A DNA stretch of 64,000 nucleotides from Candidatus Harrisonbacteria bacterium (GCA_016182295.1 JACOXP010000007.1:11457-75456), one strand, 5' to 3'. Shown: positions 17,756 to 27,421, counted from the stretch's first letter. Numbers and translations are program-made. The notes: generated by a model from the sequence alone, not told the origin.

Positions 17756-19777
17756 TTATTGTCCGATAATTTTCAAGAACTCTTTTTCGTCAACGGTTTT
17801 TACCCCCAATTTCTTAGCTTTGTCGTATTTCGATCCCGGTTCGGCGCCGACCACAACATACGAAGTTTTTTTGGATACCGATTCGCTTACTTCCCCGCCA
17901 AGCGCGCGGAGCTTCGCTTTGGCCTCACCGCGCTCCAAAGATTCAAGCGTGCCGGTCAAAACAAAAATCTGGCCTTTTAATTTCTGACTTTTCGGCTTGA
18001 CACCGCCTGCTTCCAAACTAACTCCAACTTTATCCAATTTCTTTATGAGCGCGATGTGCCGTTTGTCTTTGAAATAATCAACGATGCTCTCGGCCACCGC
18101 CGGCCCAACATCGGGAATTTCCTGCAAATCCTCAACGGAAAATTTTTCCAAAACGCTCAATAACTGATCCGGTTTAGAAATCGGGGTTTTGAATTTGGAA
18201 ATGGCCGTTTGCGCGAGCAAGCGTGATGTTTCCTCTCCCACGTGCAAGATGCCAAGCGCCTCCACGAACCGATCCATCGGCACTTTTTTTCGTTCTGCTA
18301 TTTCGCTAATTATATTTTCCGCCGATTTTTCGCCAAATCTTTCAAGAGCGGCCACATCGCCATTCTGCAAAGTAAACAAATCAGCCGCGTCGCCAATCAA
18401 ACCTTCGTCCAAAAAACGATCGATGATTTTGGGACCAAGGCCATCCATTCCGAAAGCCGCCGCGAAATGATACAAAAATTCTTTTTGCCGCGCTCCGCAA
18501 GTTTTATTACTACAGCGATAAATAACCCCGTCTTTGACGATTTTTGAACCGTCAACCGGGCAAACTTTAGGCATGTGAAATTCTTTTTCTTTGCCGGAAC
18601 GCATTTCCTTAAGCACTTTGGTAATTTGCGGAATAACATCTCCGGCGCGGCTGACGATGACAGTATCGCCTATTTTTACGCCAAGCCGCTGTATTTCATC
18701 ATAATTATGAAGAGTGGCGTGAGTAATCGTAACGCCACCAACCCGCACAGCCCGCAAAACCGCGACCGGAGTCAAAGCGCCGGTCCGGCCAACCTGCACT
18801 TGAATGTCTTCGACAACGGTGGTCGCTTCTTTCGGGGAAAATTTATAAGCTATCGCCGCTCTCGGCGCTTTGCCAATAACGCCGGCTGATTCAAAAGTTT
18901 TATTGTCATTTAAAATCACCACGATTCCATCAATTTCATAAGATAATTTTTCTCTCGCCTTGGCCGTTTCTTTATGAAAATCGTAAATGCCGGAAACCGA
19001 ACTGACCTGCTTATTGTGGGGGTTGGTTTTAAACCCCCATTTTTTTAATAAAGCATGCTCTTCGTCATGAGTTTTCTGGCCAACATCACTCACTATCGCG
19101 TATTCAAAAGAATCCAGTTTGCGGCTGGCGGTGATCGCGGGATCAAGCTGGCGAACCGTGCCGGCGGCCAAGTTGCGCGGATTGGCGTAAATTTTTCCAC
19201 CCTTTTTCGCTAATTCTTTATTAATTCGTTCAAAATCTTTTTTAGTCAGAAAAACTTCGCCGCGCGCCACCAAGTGCTTTGGGTAGTCTCCGCGCAATTT
19301 CAACGGAATCGCTTCAACCGTTTTGAGATTTTGAGTAATGTCTTCGCCAATCACGCCGTCTCCCCGGGTTGATCCTTGAATGAAAATTCCGTTTTCATAA
19401 ACAAGCTCTATGGCCAATCCGTCAATTTTATGTTCGCAAAAAAATTCCGGTTTTATTTTCCGGCCAAGATAATTTTCTAAACGCTTAATCCAGTCCTCGA
19501 CATCCTGTTCGGAAAAAGCGTCATTTAAAGAAATCATTGGTGCTTCGTGCCTCACTTTTTTAAATTCCTTCAGCGGCTTGCCGGCAACTCGCTGAGTCGG
19601 AGAGTCGGGTGTCACTAAATCCGGAAATTCTTGCTCCAAATCAAAAAGCTCTTTTTTCAGCGCGTCTAAGGCCTCGTCGGAAATCAACGATTTATTTTCA
19701 ATATGGTAAGCGTAACGATATTTATCAATCGTTTGCCTTAATTTTTCTATTCGCTCTTTTGCCGCTTTCTTCTCCAT
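17756..19777 (-). CDS. ligA: NAD-dependent DNA ligase LigA
   Basis: Adenylation motif KIDGLA, OB fold, Zn finger, HhH and a C-terminal BRCT domain; 673 aa. Confidence 0.9.
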   Translation of the reverse strand: MEKKAAKERIEKLRQTIDKYRYAYHIENKSLISDEALDALKKELFDLEQEFPDLVTPDSPTQRVAGKPLKEFKKVRHEAPMISLNDAFSEQDVEDWIKRLENYLGRKIKPEFFCEHKIDGLAIELVYENGIFIQGSTRGDGVIGEDITQNLKTVEAIPLKLRGDYPKHLVARGEVFLTKKDFERINKELAKKGGKIYANPRNLAAGTVRQLDPAITASRKLDSFEYAIVSDVGQKTHDEEHALLKKWGFKTNPHNKQVSSVSGIYDFHKETAKAREKLSYEIDGIVVILNDNKTFESAGVIGKAPRAAIAYKFSPKEATTVVEDIQVQVGRTGALTPVAVLRAVRVGGVTITHATLHNYDEIQRLGVKIGDTVIVSRAGDVIPQITKVLKEMRSGKEKEFHMPKVCPVDGSKIVKDGVIYRCSNKTCGARQKEFLYHFAAAFGMDGLGPKIIDRFLDEGLIGDAADLFTLQNGDVAALERFGEKSAENIISEIAERKKVPMDRFVEALGILHVGEETSRLLAQTAISKFKTPISKPDQLLSVLEKFSVEDLQEIPDVGPAVAESIVDYFKDKRHIALIKKLDKVGVSLEAGGVKPKSQKLKGQIFVLTGTLESLERGEAKAKLRALGGEVSESVSKKTSYVVVGAEPGSKYDKAKKLGVKTVDEKEFLKIIGQ

Positions 19778-19833
19778 TTATCTAAATTATAGGACAAATT
19801 TCCGTACTAAACGAGTATATAAAAACGGCCCCT

Positions 19834-20115
19834 TTATTGGTGGGGCCGTTGGTGAAAATGGGGAACTCGTTCGATGTAATCCTTTGTAGGAGGTTCGCTC
19901 CTTTTGGGTTCCGGCATGATAGGCTGCTCGTAGAGTTCCGATTTTTCAGTCGGATTTTTTGGAGTGAAAAATATCGGATGATCGAATTCCGGCTTCTGAA
20001 AATCGATCGGCTTCCGGTCTTGATCAAAACCGATGAGAGTTTGGCTCATATCCGAAGCCGCGACACAGCTGACCAGAAACATCGCCAGAAACAGCAAGGC
20101 AAAACCTGAACGCAT
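19834..20115 (-). CDS. Small putative lipoprotein
   Basis: Signal peptide with lipobox LVSC. Strong Shine-Dalgarno (AAGGAGGA) upstream. Confidence 0.5.
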   Translation of the reverse strand: MRSGFALLFLAMFLVSCVAASDMSQTLIGFDQDRKPIDFQKPEFDHPIFFTPKNPTEKSELYEQPIMPEPKRSEPPTKDYIERVPHFHQRPHQ

Positions 20116-20223
20116 AACGTCCTCCTTTTTTATGTTTTCACCTAAATTGAAGAGCTAAGCCGAATAATAACACTTTAATCTGATGACTGGCAAGAGTCTG
20201 GGTGTTAATAACTATTTTAGAGG

Positions 20224-20988
20224 TTATAAAAGACCGTAAAACCAGCGAATTGGGATTTGGCCAAAAAGTAAAACCAAAACGGCGGCTAGAGAGAGAAAAG
20301 GGCCGAAAGGAACCGCCATTTTCAAGGATTTCCTGTTGAAAACCACCATAAAAAAGCCGACTAGACCGCCCAAAACGAAAGCGGCCGAAATGATAAGCAA
20401 AACTTCCCTGACTCCGAAAAGCAGACCAAGCGCCGCCGCTAATTTAACATCGCCGATCCCCATTCCCCGCCCCCTGGTAATTACCACTATTAACCCCAGT
20501 AAAGCCGCTCCAAAAACAGCGCCGGCCGCGTTATTCCATAAAATATCCATCAGCGAAGCTCCGCTTGATATGATCAATGTTGCTCCCAGCACGCCGATCA
20601 GCAGGTTTAACTGATCGGGAATTACCATTAACCGCATATCAATCAAGGTTATTAAAACAAGCGTCAAAACTACGGGTACCCAAATCAGCGCCGGTTGAGC
20701 AAGCATCGGGATAAAAGCGAGCGCGAATCCGGAAATTAATTCGACTATGGGGTATTGCCAGGTCAGCGGGGCTCGGCAACTGCGGCAACGGCCAAATTGC
20801 AAAATGAAACTGGCCAGGGGAATTAACTCGTACCAGGCAAGTGTTTTTTTGCAACCTCGGCAAAACGACCGCCCGCGCAAAACATCCGGTCTGAAAAGGC
20901 GGCCGCCGGCTTCATAACGAAGCGAAAGGACGTTGAGAAAACTTCCAACAGAAAGACCGATTAGAAAACGGATGACTCCCAAAAACAT
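20224..20988 (-). CDS. pilD: Type IV prepilin peptidase (A24 family) with an N-terminal Zn-binding domain
   Basis: CRGC...CRSC tetracysteine followed by polytopic A24 peptidase helices. Confidence 0.8.
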   Translation of the reverse strand: MFLGVIRFLIGLSVGSFLNVLSLRYEAGGRLFRPDVLRGRSFCRGCKKTLAWYELIPLASFILQFGRCRSCRAPLTWQYPIVELISGFALAFIPMLAQPALIWVPVVLTLVLITLIDMRLMVIPDQLNLLIGVLGATLIISSGASLMDILWNNAAGAVFGAALLGLIVVITRGRGMGIGDVKLAAALGLLFGVREVLLIISAAFVLGGLVGFFMVVFNRKSLKMAVPFGPFLSLAAVLVLLFGQIPIRWFYGLL

Positions 20989-22055
20989 TAAACTTTGCCA
21001 ATTAACACTCTTAACTCGGCTGGATTAAGAGAATAAAGTTCCGCGTTTTCGCGGGTGATTTTCTTCGCCTTGACCAACTGCGCCAACGAACGATTTAAGC
21101 TAATCATGCCGGACGCCAAACTCGTTTCGATTACCAAATCCAGCTGATGAGTTTTGCGTTCCCGGATAAGATTTCGGACCGCCGTATTGACTATTAAAAT
21201 TTCCGCCGCGGCAACGCGGCCGCCGCCTATTTTAGGAATTAATCTTTTAGAAACAATTCCGGCAAGCGTTGCCGCAAGCTGAATAATCGCCTGATTTTGT
21301 TTCTCCGGCGGGAAGCTGTCAATAATGCGATCGATGGTTTGCGCGGCAGAATTGGTATGAAGAGTGGAAAAAACCAAATGACCCGTCTCGGCGGCCGTCA
21401 AAGCGGTTGAAACCGATTCTAAATCGCGCATTTCGCCGATCATTACCACGTCCGGATCTTGCCGGAGAACGGTTTTTAAAGCGGCGTGGAAGTCCTGGGT
21501 GTCGGAATAAACCTCTCTTTGGGAAATCAAAGAATTTTTTGGAACAAAAATATGCTCGATCGGATCCTCAATGGTAATTATATGCTCCCGACGACTCGCG
21601 TTTATCTCATCAAGCAAAGCGGCCAAGGTTGCTGATTTGCCATGGCCCGCCGGCCCTACCGCTAAAATAAATCCTTGGTTAAGTTTGGAAAAATTATGGA
21701 GCACCGGCGGCATTTCCATATCTTCAATCGTCATTATTTTCTCCGGAATATGACGAAAAGCCGCCGCCACAAACCCCCGTTCGTAATAAACGTTGACCCG
21801 AAAGCGGGTTTTGTCGTGCGTATAGCTAAAATCAATTTCCAGATTTTTTTGAAACCTCGCTTGTTGATCCGGAGTAAGCAAAGCGGCAACAAAATTCTCG
21901 GCGATTTCCGGCGTAACCACCGGCTCTTCGGGAATCGGCTGCAAAAAACCGTCCTCTCGAACGTGGGGTTTCAAACCGACGTTAAAATGAAAATCGGAAA
22001 CATTGGGCTGACTCGCTTTCACCATCAGCCGCGCGAGGTAATCTTTATAGTCCAT
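20988..22055 (-). CDS. pilT: Type IV pilus retraction ATPase PilT (twitching motility protein)
   Basis: Walker A GPAGHGKSAT, Asp box, His box TLHTNSAAQTIDRI; 355 aa. Confidence 0.85.
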   Translation of the reverse strand: MDYKDYLARLMVKASQPNVSDFHFNVGLKPHVREDGFLQPIPEEPVVTPEIAENFVAALLTPDQQARFQKNLEIDFSYTHDKTRFRVNVYYERGFVAAAFRHIPEKIMTIEDMEMPPVLHNFSKLNQGFILAVGPAGHGKSATLAALLDEINASRREHIITIEDPIEHIFVPKNSLISQREVYSDTQDFHAALKTVLRQDPDVVMIGEMRDLESVSTALTAAETGHLVFSTLHTNSAAQTIDRIIDSFPPEKQNQAIIQLAATLAGIVSKRLIPKIGGGRVAAAEILIVNTAVRNLIRERKTHQLDLVIETSLASGMISLNRSLAQLVKAKKITRENAELYSLNPAELRVLIGKV

Positions 22056-22710
22056 TTACAACAGCAAAGGGCGAAGACGCGGTTATAATTCTTTTAATTT
22101 TCTTTTTCTCCGCCAATAATCTTGCTTTTTCCATTATAACATCTTCGGCATTCGAAACCAAAGAAAAATCGCTCTGGGAAACAAAATGTGCCTTTCCCCC
22201 GCTGGCGATTGTAAAAGTAGTCGAGCGTTCACCCACATCGATGATTAAAGTTGGCTCTGCCGAACGGGCAAATTGGCGAGCCAGGGGAAAACTTTCAATT
22301 TCCAAACGCGCCAAACGCAAACCGGCGGCGGCAAAGATTCTCTTGTACTTCAATATCACCTCTCGCGGAACGGCAAGTAAAAAATAACGGCCGTCATTTA
22401 ACTTAATCGCGTCCATTTTATACAAAGACGGCGCGGCTGGAATATATTTGGGATCCGGCGTCGGCGCCACGGTTGTAAAAGCGTTAAAAGCCGGCAATGA
22501 AGCCGCCGCCCAATAGGACTGGGATTCCATTCTGGAAAGCAGAGTTTTTAAACAATTAGCGGCTTCGCGTTCATTAAGCGGCTGAATACTGGTGTGAAAA
22601 GGCCCGTCCAAACGCCGAAGCTCGGCCTTCTTTAAAATCCTGCCGGTCGAATCTTTTTCCGCCGCTTTTATTGAAGTTGTACCGATATCTATGCAAAGAT
22701 AAATAGCCAT
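22045..22710 (-). CDS. pilM: PilM-like actin-fold type IV pilus assembly protein
   Basis: Start trimmed to the internal MAIYLCIDIGTTSIKAAEK, which is the PilM/FtsA N-terminal phosphate-1 motif. Confidence 0.6.
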   Translation of the reverse strand: MAIYLCIDIGTTSIKAAEKDSTGRILKKAELRRLDGPFHTSIQPLNEREAANCLKTLLSRMESQSYWAAASLPAFNAFTTVAPTPDPKYIPAAPSLYKMDAIKLNDGRYFLLAVPREVILKYKRIFAAAGLRLARLEIESFPLARQFARSAEPTLIIDVGERSTTFTIASGGKAHFVSQSDFSLVSNAEDVIMEKARLLAEKKKIKRIITASSPFAVVNGL

Positions 22711-23383
22711 GGCTTTTCTCTGTATGCTAATAAAATTATTCAATAAAATCAAAACTTTTGTTCTGGACGCTGTTTTTCCAATACCGGAGATTCGGGAAAA
22801 TATCAGACTCAATCAGACGCTTTTCTGCCCGACTTGCCGCGCTCGGCAAGCGCGCAACGTAAAAATTTGCCATCGGGACACGCCGTATAAATTGGGCGCC
22901 GCCACCGCTTATCTTGATCCGGTTAAAAAATTAATTTGGAGAATGAAGTACCGGAATAAAGCCGGATACGCCCCGATCCTTGCTGATTTACTTTGCCAGT
23001 ACATTAGAAATTCTAAATTAGTAATTAGAAATTTTATTGTAGTGCCTCTGCCGCTTTCGGAGAAAAGGTTCCGAGATCGCGGTTACAATCAGGCTGCCTT
23101 GATTGGGAAAATTGTTTCTGCAAAATTTAACCTGGAGTATAACGATAAGACGCTGATAAGAATCAAACACGCCAAACCGCAAGCCGAATTAAAAGATTGG
23201 GACGAACGGAAAAAGAATATTATCGGCTGTTTTTCTGTCGCCCATCCACCGCTTATCAAAAATAGGAATATCATCGTTATTGACGATGTTTTCACTTCCG
23301 GAGCCACCATGAGCGAAGCCGTACAAACATTAAAATTGGCTGGCGCTCGAAGAATTATTGGTCTCGTCGTGGCGAAAGTTTAG
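22709..23383 (+). CDS. comF: ComF family competence protein (phosphoribosyltransferase-like)
   Basis: N-terminal CPTC Zn finger and a C-terminal PRTase motif IVIDDVFTSGATM. Divergent from pilM. Confidence 0.75.
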   Translation: MAFLCMLIKLFNKIKTFVLDAVFPIPEIRENIRLNQTLFCPTCRARQARNVKICHRDTPYKLGAATAYLDPVKKLIWRMKYRNKAGYAPILADLLCQYIRNSKLVIRNFIVVPLPLSEKRFRDRGYNQAALIGKIVSAKFNLEYNDKTLIRIKHAKPQAELKDWDERKKNIIGCFSVAHPPLIKNRNIIVIDDVFTSGATMSEAVQTLKLAGARRIIGLVVAKV

Positions 23384-23387
23384 AGAA

Positions 23388-26006
23388 TTAATCTTCGTCA
23401 AACTTCCACTTATGAGCAATCCATTTTCCTATTTCGATAGCTAGAATGTTAATGATGCCGATCGCTCCAACTCCGGCCAGCCATTCCAGCGGTAAAGCCA
23501 CCGTGCCAAGAAAATTCTGCAGAAACGGCAGATAAACCACCGCGCCTATCGTCGCCAAGCCAAGCAGAACCCCGATGATCAAAAGCGGATTGGAAAACGG
23601 ATTGTAAGCGAAAATCGGGCGCCGTAAACTGCGAACGGAGAAAATTACAAAAAGAGAGTAGCTGGCAAACGAAGCGAAAATAAAAGTTCTGACAAGATCG
23701 GGGTCCAGGCCCAAACCATTGAGGAAGTAATAAACGCCGAAAAGCAAAATACTGGTTGGAATTCCAATCGCCAACACCAAAAAAATCATCTCTTTGTCAA
23801 AAAGATTGATGGAGCGTTTTCTCTTTTTATGTAAAAGCATAAAATCCACCCGATCTTCAAAAGCGAGGGCGAGGGCCGGGAAAGTGTCGGCGATGAAATT
23901 AACGAATAAAATCTGAATGGCGCTGATTGGCAAACTCAAACCGAGTAAAATCGCTCCTCCAATCAAAAGCATTTCGTCAAAAAGCGAAGAGAAGAGATAG
24001 ACAATCACTTTGCGAATGTTTTCCAAAATTCTCCTGCCTTCTTCAACGGCGGAGACAATGGTCGAAAAATTATCATCGAGAAGAACCAGATCGGAAACAT
24101 CTTTGGCGACATCGGTTCCCGATCCCATCGCAATGCCGATATTCGCTTCTTTCAAGCTGGCGGCATCGTTGATTCCGTCGCCGGTCATTGCCACAATCTC
24201 CCCCATTTCTTTAAAAGCTTTAGCGACCCTGACTTTTCCTTCCGGGCTGATCCTGGCTATGATTTTCAAATTCAACAATTTTTCTTTCAATTCTGCGTCG
24301 TCCATCGAATCCAAAGCTACTCCGTCAATAACCTGCCCTCCTCCGATGGAAAAACCAAGTTCTTTGGCCACCGATTCGGCCGTGCCGCGGTGGTCGCCGG
24401 TAATAATCATTGTCCGGACACCGGCAAGATTTACTTTGGCGATCGCTTCTTTAGCGCTGGGACGAACCGGATCGCGGAAGGAAACCGTTGCCAGAAATTC
24501 CATTTCTTCAAGCGAGCTTTTTTCCCGCAAAGAAATCTTTTCCTTGCTTTTAATTCTTCTTATCGCTATTCCCAGAACCCGCTCGCCGCTGTAAGCCATT
24601 TTGTTCACCTCACGTAAAATATCTTCTTTTTTATCGTTTTCCAGAGTACAACACTGAATTAAAACATCCGGCGCGCCGAAAGCGACGACTCGATAGTTGA
24701 ATTCCGGTCCGTTTTCCACTATCGAAGCGGAGTATTTGTTTTTTGAAGTAAAAGGCAAAAAATCCAGCGATTCAAGCTCTTTTTTAACCTCCGGCAGAAA
24801 TACGCCGCCCCTGGCTGCCGCTTTCACCAGAGCCACTTCCAGCGGCCGCCCAATAATCCGCCAGAGATCCGGACTTTCTTTCGGATTTTCAATGACCACG
24901 TCGGTGTTCAGCAGGGCCATTTTTAAAACGTCTTGCCGAGAATACGCGTCGGAAAAAAGAGTGATTTTTGAAAGCTCCATTTTGGCCTGGGTGAGCGTGC
25001 CGGTTTTATCGGTTAAAATGACCGTCGTGTTACCCAGCGTTTCAGCGGCAAGCAGTTTGCGGACAACGCCGCTTTTTTTAGCGAGACGTTGGACGCCAAT
25101 CGCCAAAATAACCGTCAGCGCTACCGGCAGACCTTCCGGCACCGCGGAAACCGCGATCGCGACAGCAATTAAAAACATATCCAGCAAAGGTTTGCCGTAA
25201 AAAATTCCCAAAGTAAAAACGGCTGCCGTCAAAACTATTAAAATCCCGCTGGTCTTGATACTGAACCGGAAAATAGCGCTTTGAAGCGGTGTTTGCTCTT
25301 TTTTGGTGGCGGCCACCATACCGGCGATTTTCCCAAGCTCGGTTTCCTGACCGGTGGTCACAACCACGGCGTTTCCAAATCCTTGAACCACCAGCGTGCC
25401 GCTGAAAACCATTGACTTGCGATCGGCAAGAACCGTTTTGAAGCTTGCCGGTTCGAGCGTCTTGGCGACAGGCAATGATTCGCCGGTCAAAATCGCTTCG
25501 TCAACCATTAAATCATTGATGTAAATTAAACGGCAATCGGCCGGCACGCGATCCCCTTGGGCAAGATGGATTATGTCCCCCGGCACTAAATCGGCGGCGT
25601 CAACTTCTATTTCCTGACCATTTCGAAAAGCCCGGCTTTTTTCTTTGATATAGGTCCGGAGATGGGCCAAGGCCCGCTCGGCTTTGTTTTCCTGATAAAA
25701 ACCGAATATGACGTTGGCAAAAGCGGCGGCGAAAATTACCGCCGCGTCGGTAAAATGACCCAAAAACAAACTCAGTCCGCCGGCAATCAAAAGCAATCCC
25801 AAGAGCGGGCTTTTAAATTGACGTAGGAAAATCTTCAGCCAAGAAAAACCGATGGTTTGCGGAAGAACGTTTTTTTTGAAAGTGGCGCGCCGTGCCGCTA
25901 CCTGTTCGTCAGTTAAGCCGGTCCTGGTCGTTTCCAGAATATTTAAAGCTTCGCTAACAGGAAGCGCCCAAAATGATCGCTGTAAAACTTCTTTTCCGAT
26001 TGACAT
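23388..26006 (-). CDS. P-type cation-transporting ATPase (Ca2+/Mg2+ type, P-IIA-like)
   Basis: DKTGTLT phosphorylation motif, TGDGINDA and 10 TM segments; 872 aa. Confidence 0.9.
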   Translation of the reverse strand: MSIGKEVLQRSFWALPVSEALNILETTRTGLTDEQVAARRATFKKNVLPQTIGFSWLKIFLRQFKSPLLGLLLIAGGLSLFLGHFTDAAVIFAAAFANVIFGFYQENKAERALAHLRTYIKEKSRAFRNGQEIEVDAADLVPGDIIHLAQGDRVPADCRLIYINDLMVDEAILTGESLPVAKTLEPASFKTVLADRKSMVFSGTLVVQGFGNAVVVTTGQETELGKIAGMVAATKKEQTPLQSAIFRFSIKTSGILIVLTAAVFTLGIFYGKPLLDMFLIAVAIAVSAVPEGLPVALTVILAIGVQRLAKKSGVVRKLLAAETLGNTTVILTDKTGTLTQAKMELSKITLFSDAYSRQDVLKMALLNTDVVIENPKESPDLWRIIGRPLEVALVKAAARGGVFLPEVKKELESLDFLPFTSKNKYSASIVENGPEFNYRVVAFGAPDVLIQCCTLENDKKEDILREVNKMAYSGERVLGIAIRRIKSKEKISLREKSSLEEMEFLATVSFRDPVRPSAKEAIAKVNLAGVRTMIITGDHRGTAESVAKELGFSIGGGQVIDGVALDSMDDAELKEKLLNLKIIARISPEGKVRVAKAFKEMGEIVAMTGDGINDAASLKEANIGIAMGSGTDVAKDVSDLVLLDDNFSTIVSAVEEGRRILENIRKVIVYLFSSLFDEMLLIGGAILLGLSLPISAIQILFVNFIADTFPALALAFEDRVDFMLLHKKRKRSINLFDKEMIFLVLAIGIPTSILLFGVYYFLNGLGLDPDLVRTFIFASFASYSLFVIFSVRSLRRPIFAYNPFSNPLLIIGVLLGLATIGAVVYLPFLQNFLGTVALPLEWLAGVGAIGIINILAIEIGKWIAHKWKFDED

Positions 26007-26067
26007 TGACTCCTTTTAATTTTAACATACAAAAACGTTTGTTCTTTTATTTGAAAAGGGGGGCGCG

Positions 26068-26517
26068 ATGGGTGCCGAGCATTTAAACCGTTTCCGATTT
26101 TATACCTGGAAAGAGTTTGAAACCGATGTCAAAAAAATTTCAAAAATTATTGGAGCGCTGGACCAAAAATTTGTCTACATTTACGGATTGCCTAAGGGCG
26201 GGCTGCCGCTGGCAGTTTGCCTCGCGCATCGTCTTGAATTAAGACTAACGACCACTTTAAGGTTTAAGGAGGGCTTGTCCATTGTTTGGCATGATGAGGT
26301 TTTGGTGGTTGACGATATCGCGGATACGGGAAGAGCCTTGGAAAATTATAAAAAACTCGATTACTTGATCGCAACGCTCTTTTGGAATCCGAAATCGAGT
26401 TTTAGGCCAGATATTTGGATCCGAGAAAAAGATAATCGCTGGATCATTTTCCCCTGGGAAGATCGGGAAAAAGAAATGGCGCACGCCGAAAAAATCATGA
26501 ACCCCGACGCAAACTAG
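26068..26517 (+). CDS. Small phosphoribosyltransferase-domain protein
   Basis: Type I PRTase PRPP-binding loop VLVVDDIADTGRAL. Confidence 0.55.
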   Translation: MGAEHLNRFRFYTWKEFETDVKKISKIIGALDQKFVYIYGLPKGGLPLAVCLAHRLELRLTTTLRFKEGLSIVWHDEVLVVDDIADTGRALENYKKLDYLIATLFWNPKSSFRPDIWIREKDNRWIIFPWEDREKEMAHAEKIMNPDAN

Positions 26518-26535
26518 TCGGGGTTTTTATTTTTG
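26502..26535. terminator. Rho-independent terminator
   Basis: ccccgac-gcaaactagt-cggggttttt. Confidence 0.55.
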
Positions 26536-26551
26536 CGGAGGGTGTAGGAGT
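26525..26551. repeat. Direct repeat copy of the tRNA-Ser(TGA) 3-prime end (27 nt)
   Basis: ttttatttttgcggagggtgtaggagt is identical to 26746..26772. Confidence 0.8.
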
Positions 26552-26640
26552 TTCGCTTCGCTCCGTGGCTGCCGCCCGGAGCTCGCCGAACCATAACGCC
26601 GCACCCCGACCCCCACACTGGACACCTTTGGGTTTCCAGC

Positions 26641-26674
26641 GCCCAAGTGGTCTGACGCGTCAGACCACTTGGGC
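26641..26674. repeat. Perfect 34-nt palindrome
   Basis: gcccaagtggtctgacg|cgtcagaccacttgggc lies in the GC-rich insert. Confidence 0.8.
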
Positions 26675-26716
26675 TGCCTTCCAACACGGGGTGCAGCTCG
26701 GTCCGACTCCCCACCA

Positions 26717-26755
26717 GAAAAATAAAACATGCCACTTGCGGCATGTTTTATTTTT
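26717..26755. terminator. Bidirectional terminator-like hairpin abutting the tRNA 3-prime end
   Basis: aaaaataaaacatgcc-acttgc-ggcatgttttattttt. Confidence 0.5.
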
Positions 26756-26756
26756 G

Positions 26757-26838
26757 CGGAGGGTGTAGGAGTCGAACCTACTAGGGCTTGCGCCCATCCG
26801 CTTTCAAGGCGGACGCATTACCGTTCTGCCAACCCTCC
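26757..26838 (-). tRNA. tRNA-Ser (anticodon TGA)
   Basis: Reverse complement is GGAGGGT...anticodon loop CTTGAAA...long variable arm...GGTTCGACTCCTACACCCTCCG. Confidence 0.85.
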
Positions 26839-26851
26839 AAAAAAAGCAAGG

Positions 26852-27331
26852 TTACAAAACCTTGCGAAAAACGTTTTTTTTCACTTTGACGAACCCGAGC
26901 TTTTTATATAATTTCTGCGCCGCCTTGCGCTCCGGACGAGAAGTCAGCTCGACAAAACGCGCCGTTCTTGATCCGGCAACTACGAAAAGTTCCGATAGGA
27001 GCCGTTCGGCGATGCCTTTTCCGCGACACTGCTCATCCACTACTACGTCCTCGATTCGGCAAATCAAACCCGTATATTTCAATTGGAAAAAAATACTTGC
27101 CATTCCGACAGCCCGCATTCCCGCGCAAAGATCGTTGTCAATCGCGAAAGCGGTAAAAAAGTTTCCCTGATGCCAAATCCGGATAAGATCTTTCAAGGTA
27201 ACGGGTACGGCCACCGAAGAAAGCTGCGGAAGCAAACGGTTGATCGAAGGGACCAGTTTAGCTAATTCCTCAATCTCGTCCGCGTTGCGATCGCGCGCGC
27301 ACTCCAGTCGAATCTCAATCATCGGGCTCAT
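26852..27331 (-). CDS. GNAT family N-acetyltransferase
   Basis: QCRGKGIAERLL and KLYKKLGF are acetyl-CoA-binding motifs. Confidence 0.75.
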   Translation of the reverse strand: MSPMIEIRLECARDRNADEIEELAKLVPSINRLLPQLSSVAVPVTLKDLIRIWHQGNFFTAFAIDNDLCAGMRAVGMASIFFQLKYTGLICRIEDVVVDEQCRGKGIAERLLSELFVVAGSRTARFVELTSRPERKAAQKLYKKLGFVKVKKNVFRKVL

Positions 27332-27421
27332 TCCTCAACGAACTACCTATGTTATACCCCTATTTACTCTTACGGTCAACGAGAGATAGAATGAGAATGC
27401 TCATTTATAAAGGAAAAAAGC

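Noticed and set aside
23927-25200. Plus-strand ORFs inside the P-type ATPase gene (23927..24172, 24010..24594, 24390..24617, 24697..25200)
   Set aside because: All are antisense to a full-length ATPase with intact motifs. They are Ser/Ala/Pro-rich, typical of antisense GC-rich frames.
26600-26700. Possible SRP (4.5S) RNA because of GGAAGGCAGCC
   Set aside because: The surrounding sequence is a perfect loop-less palindrome, not the asymmetric helix-8 of SRP RNA. The conserved GGAA-tetraloop context and 3-prime strand motifs are absent.
26514-26768. ORFs 26514..26744 (-), 26527..26730 (-) and 26565..26768 (+)
   Set aside because: They lie entirely within the GC-rich palindromic insert. Both strands translate the same palindrome (SGLTRQTTWA), and no start or Shine-Dalgarno context is present. 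Treated as non-coding.
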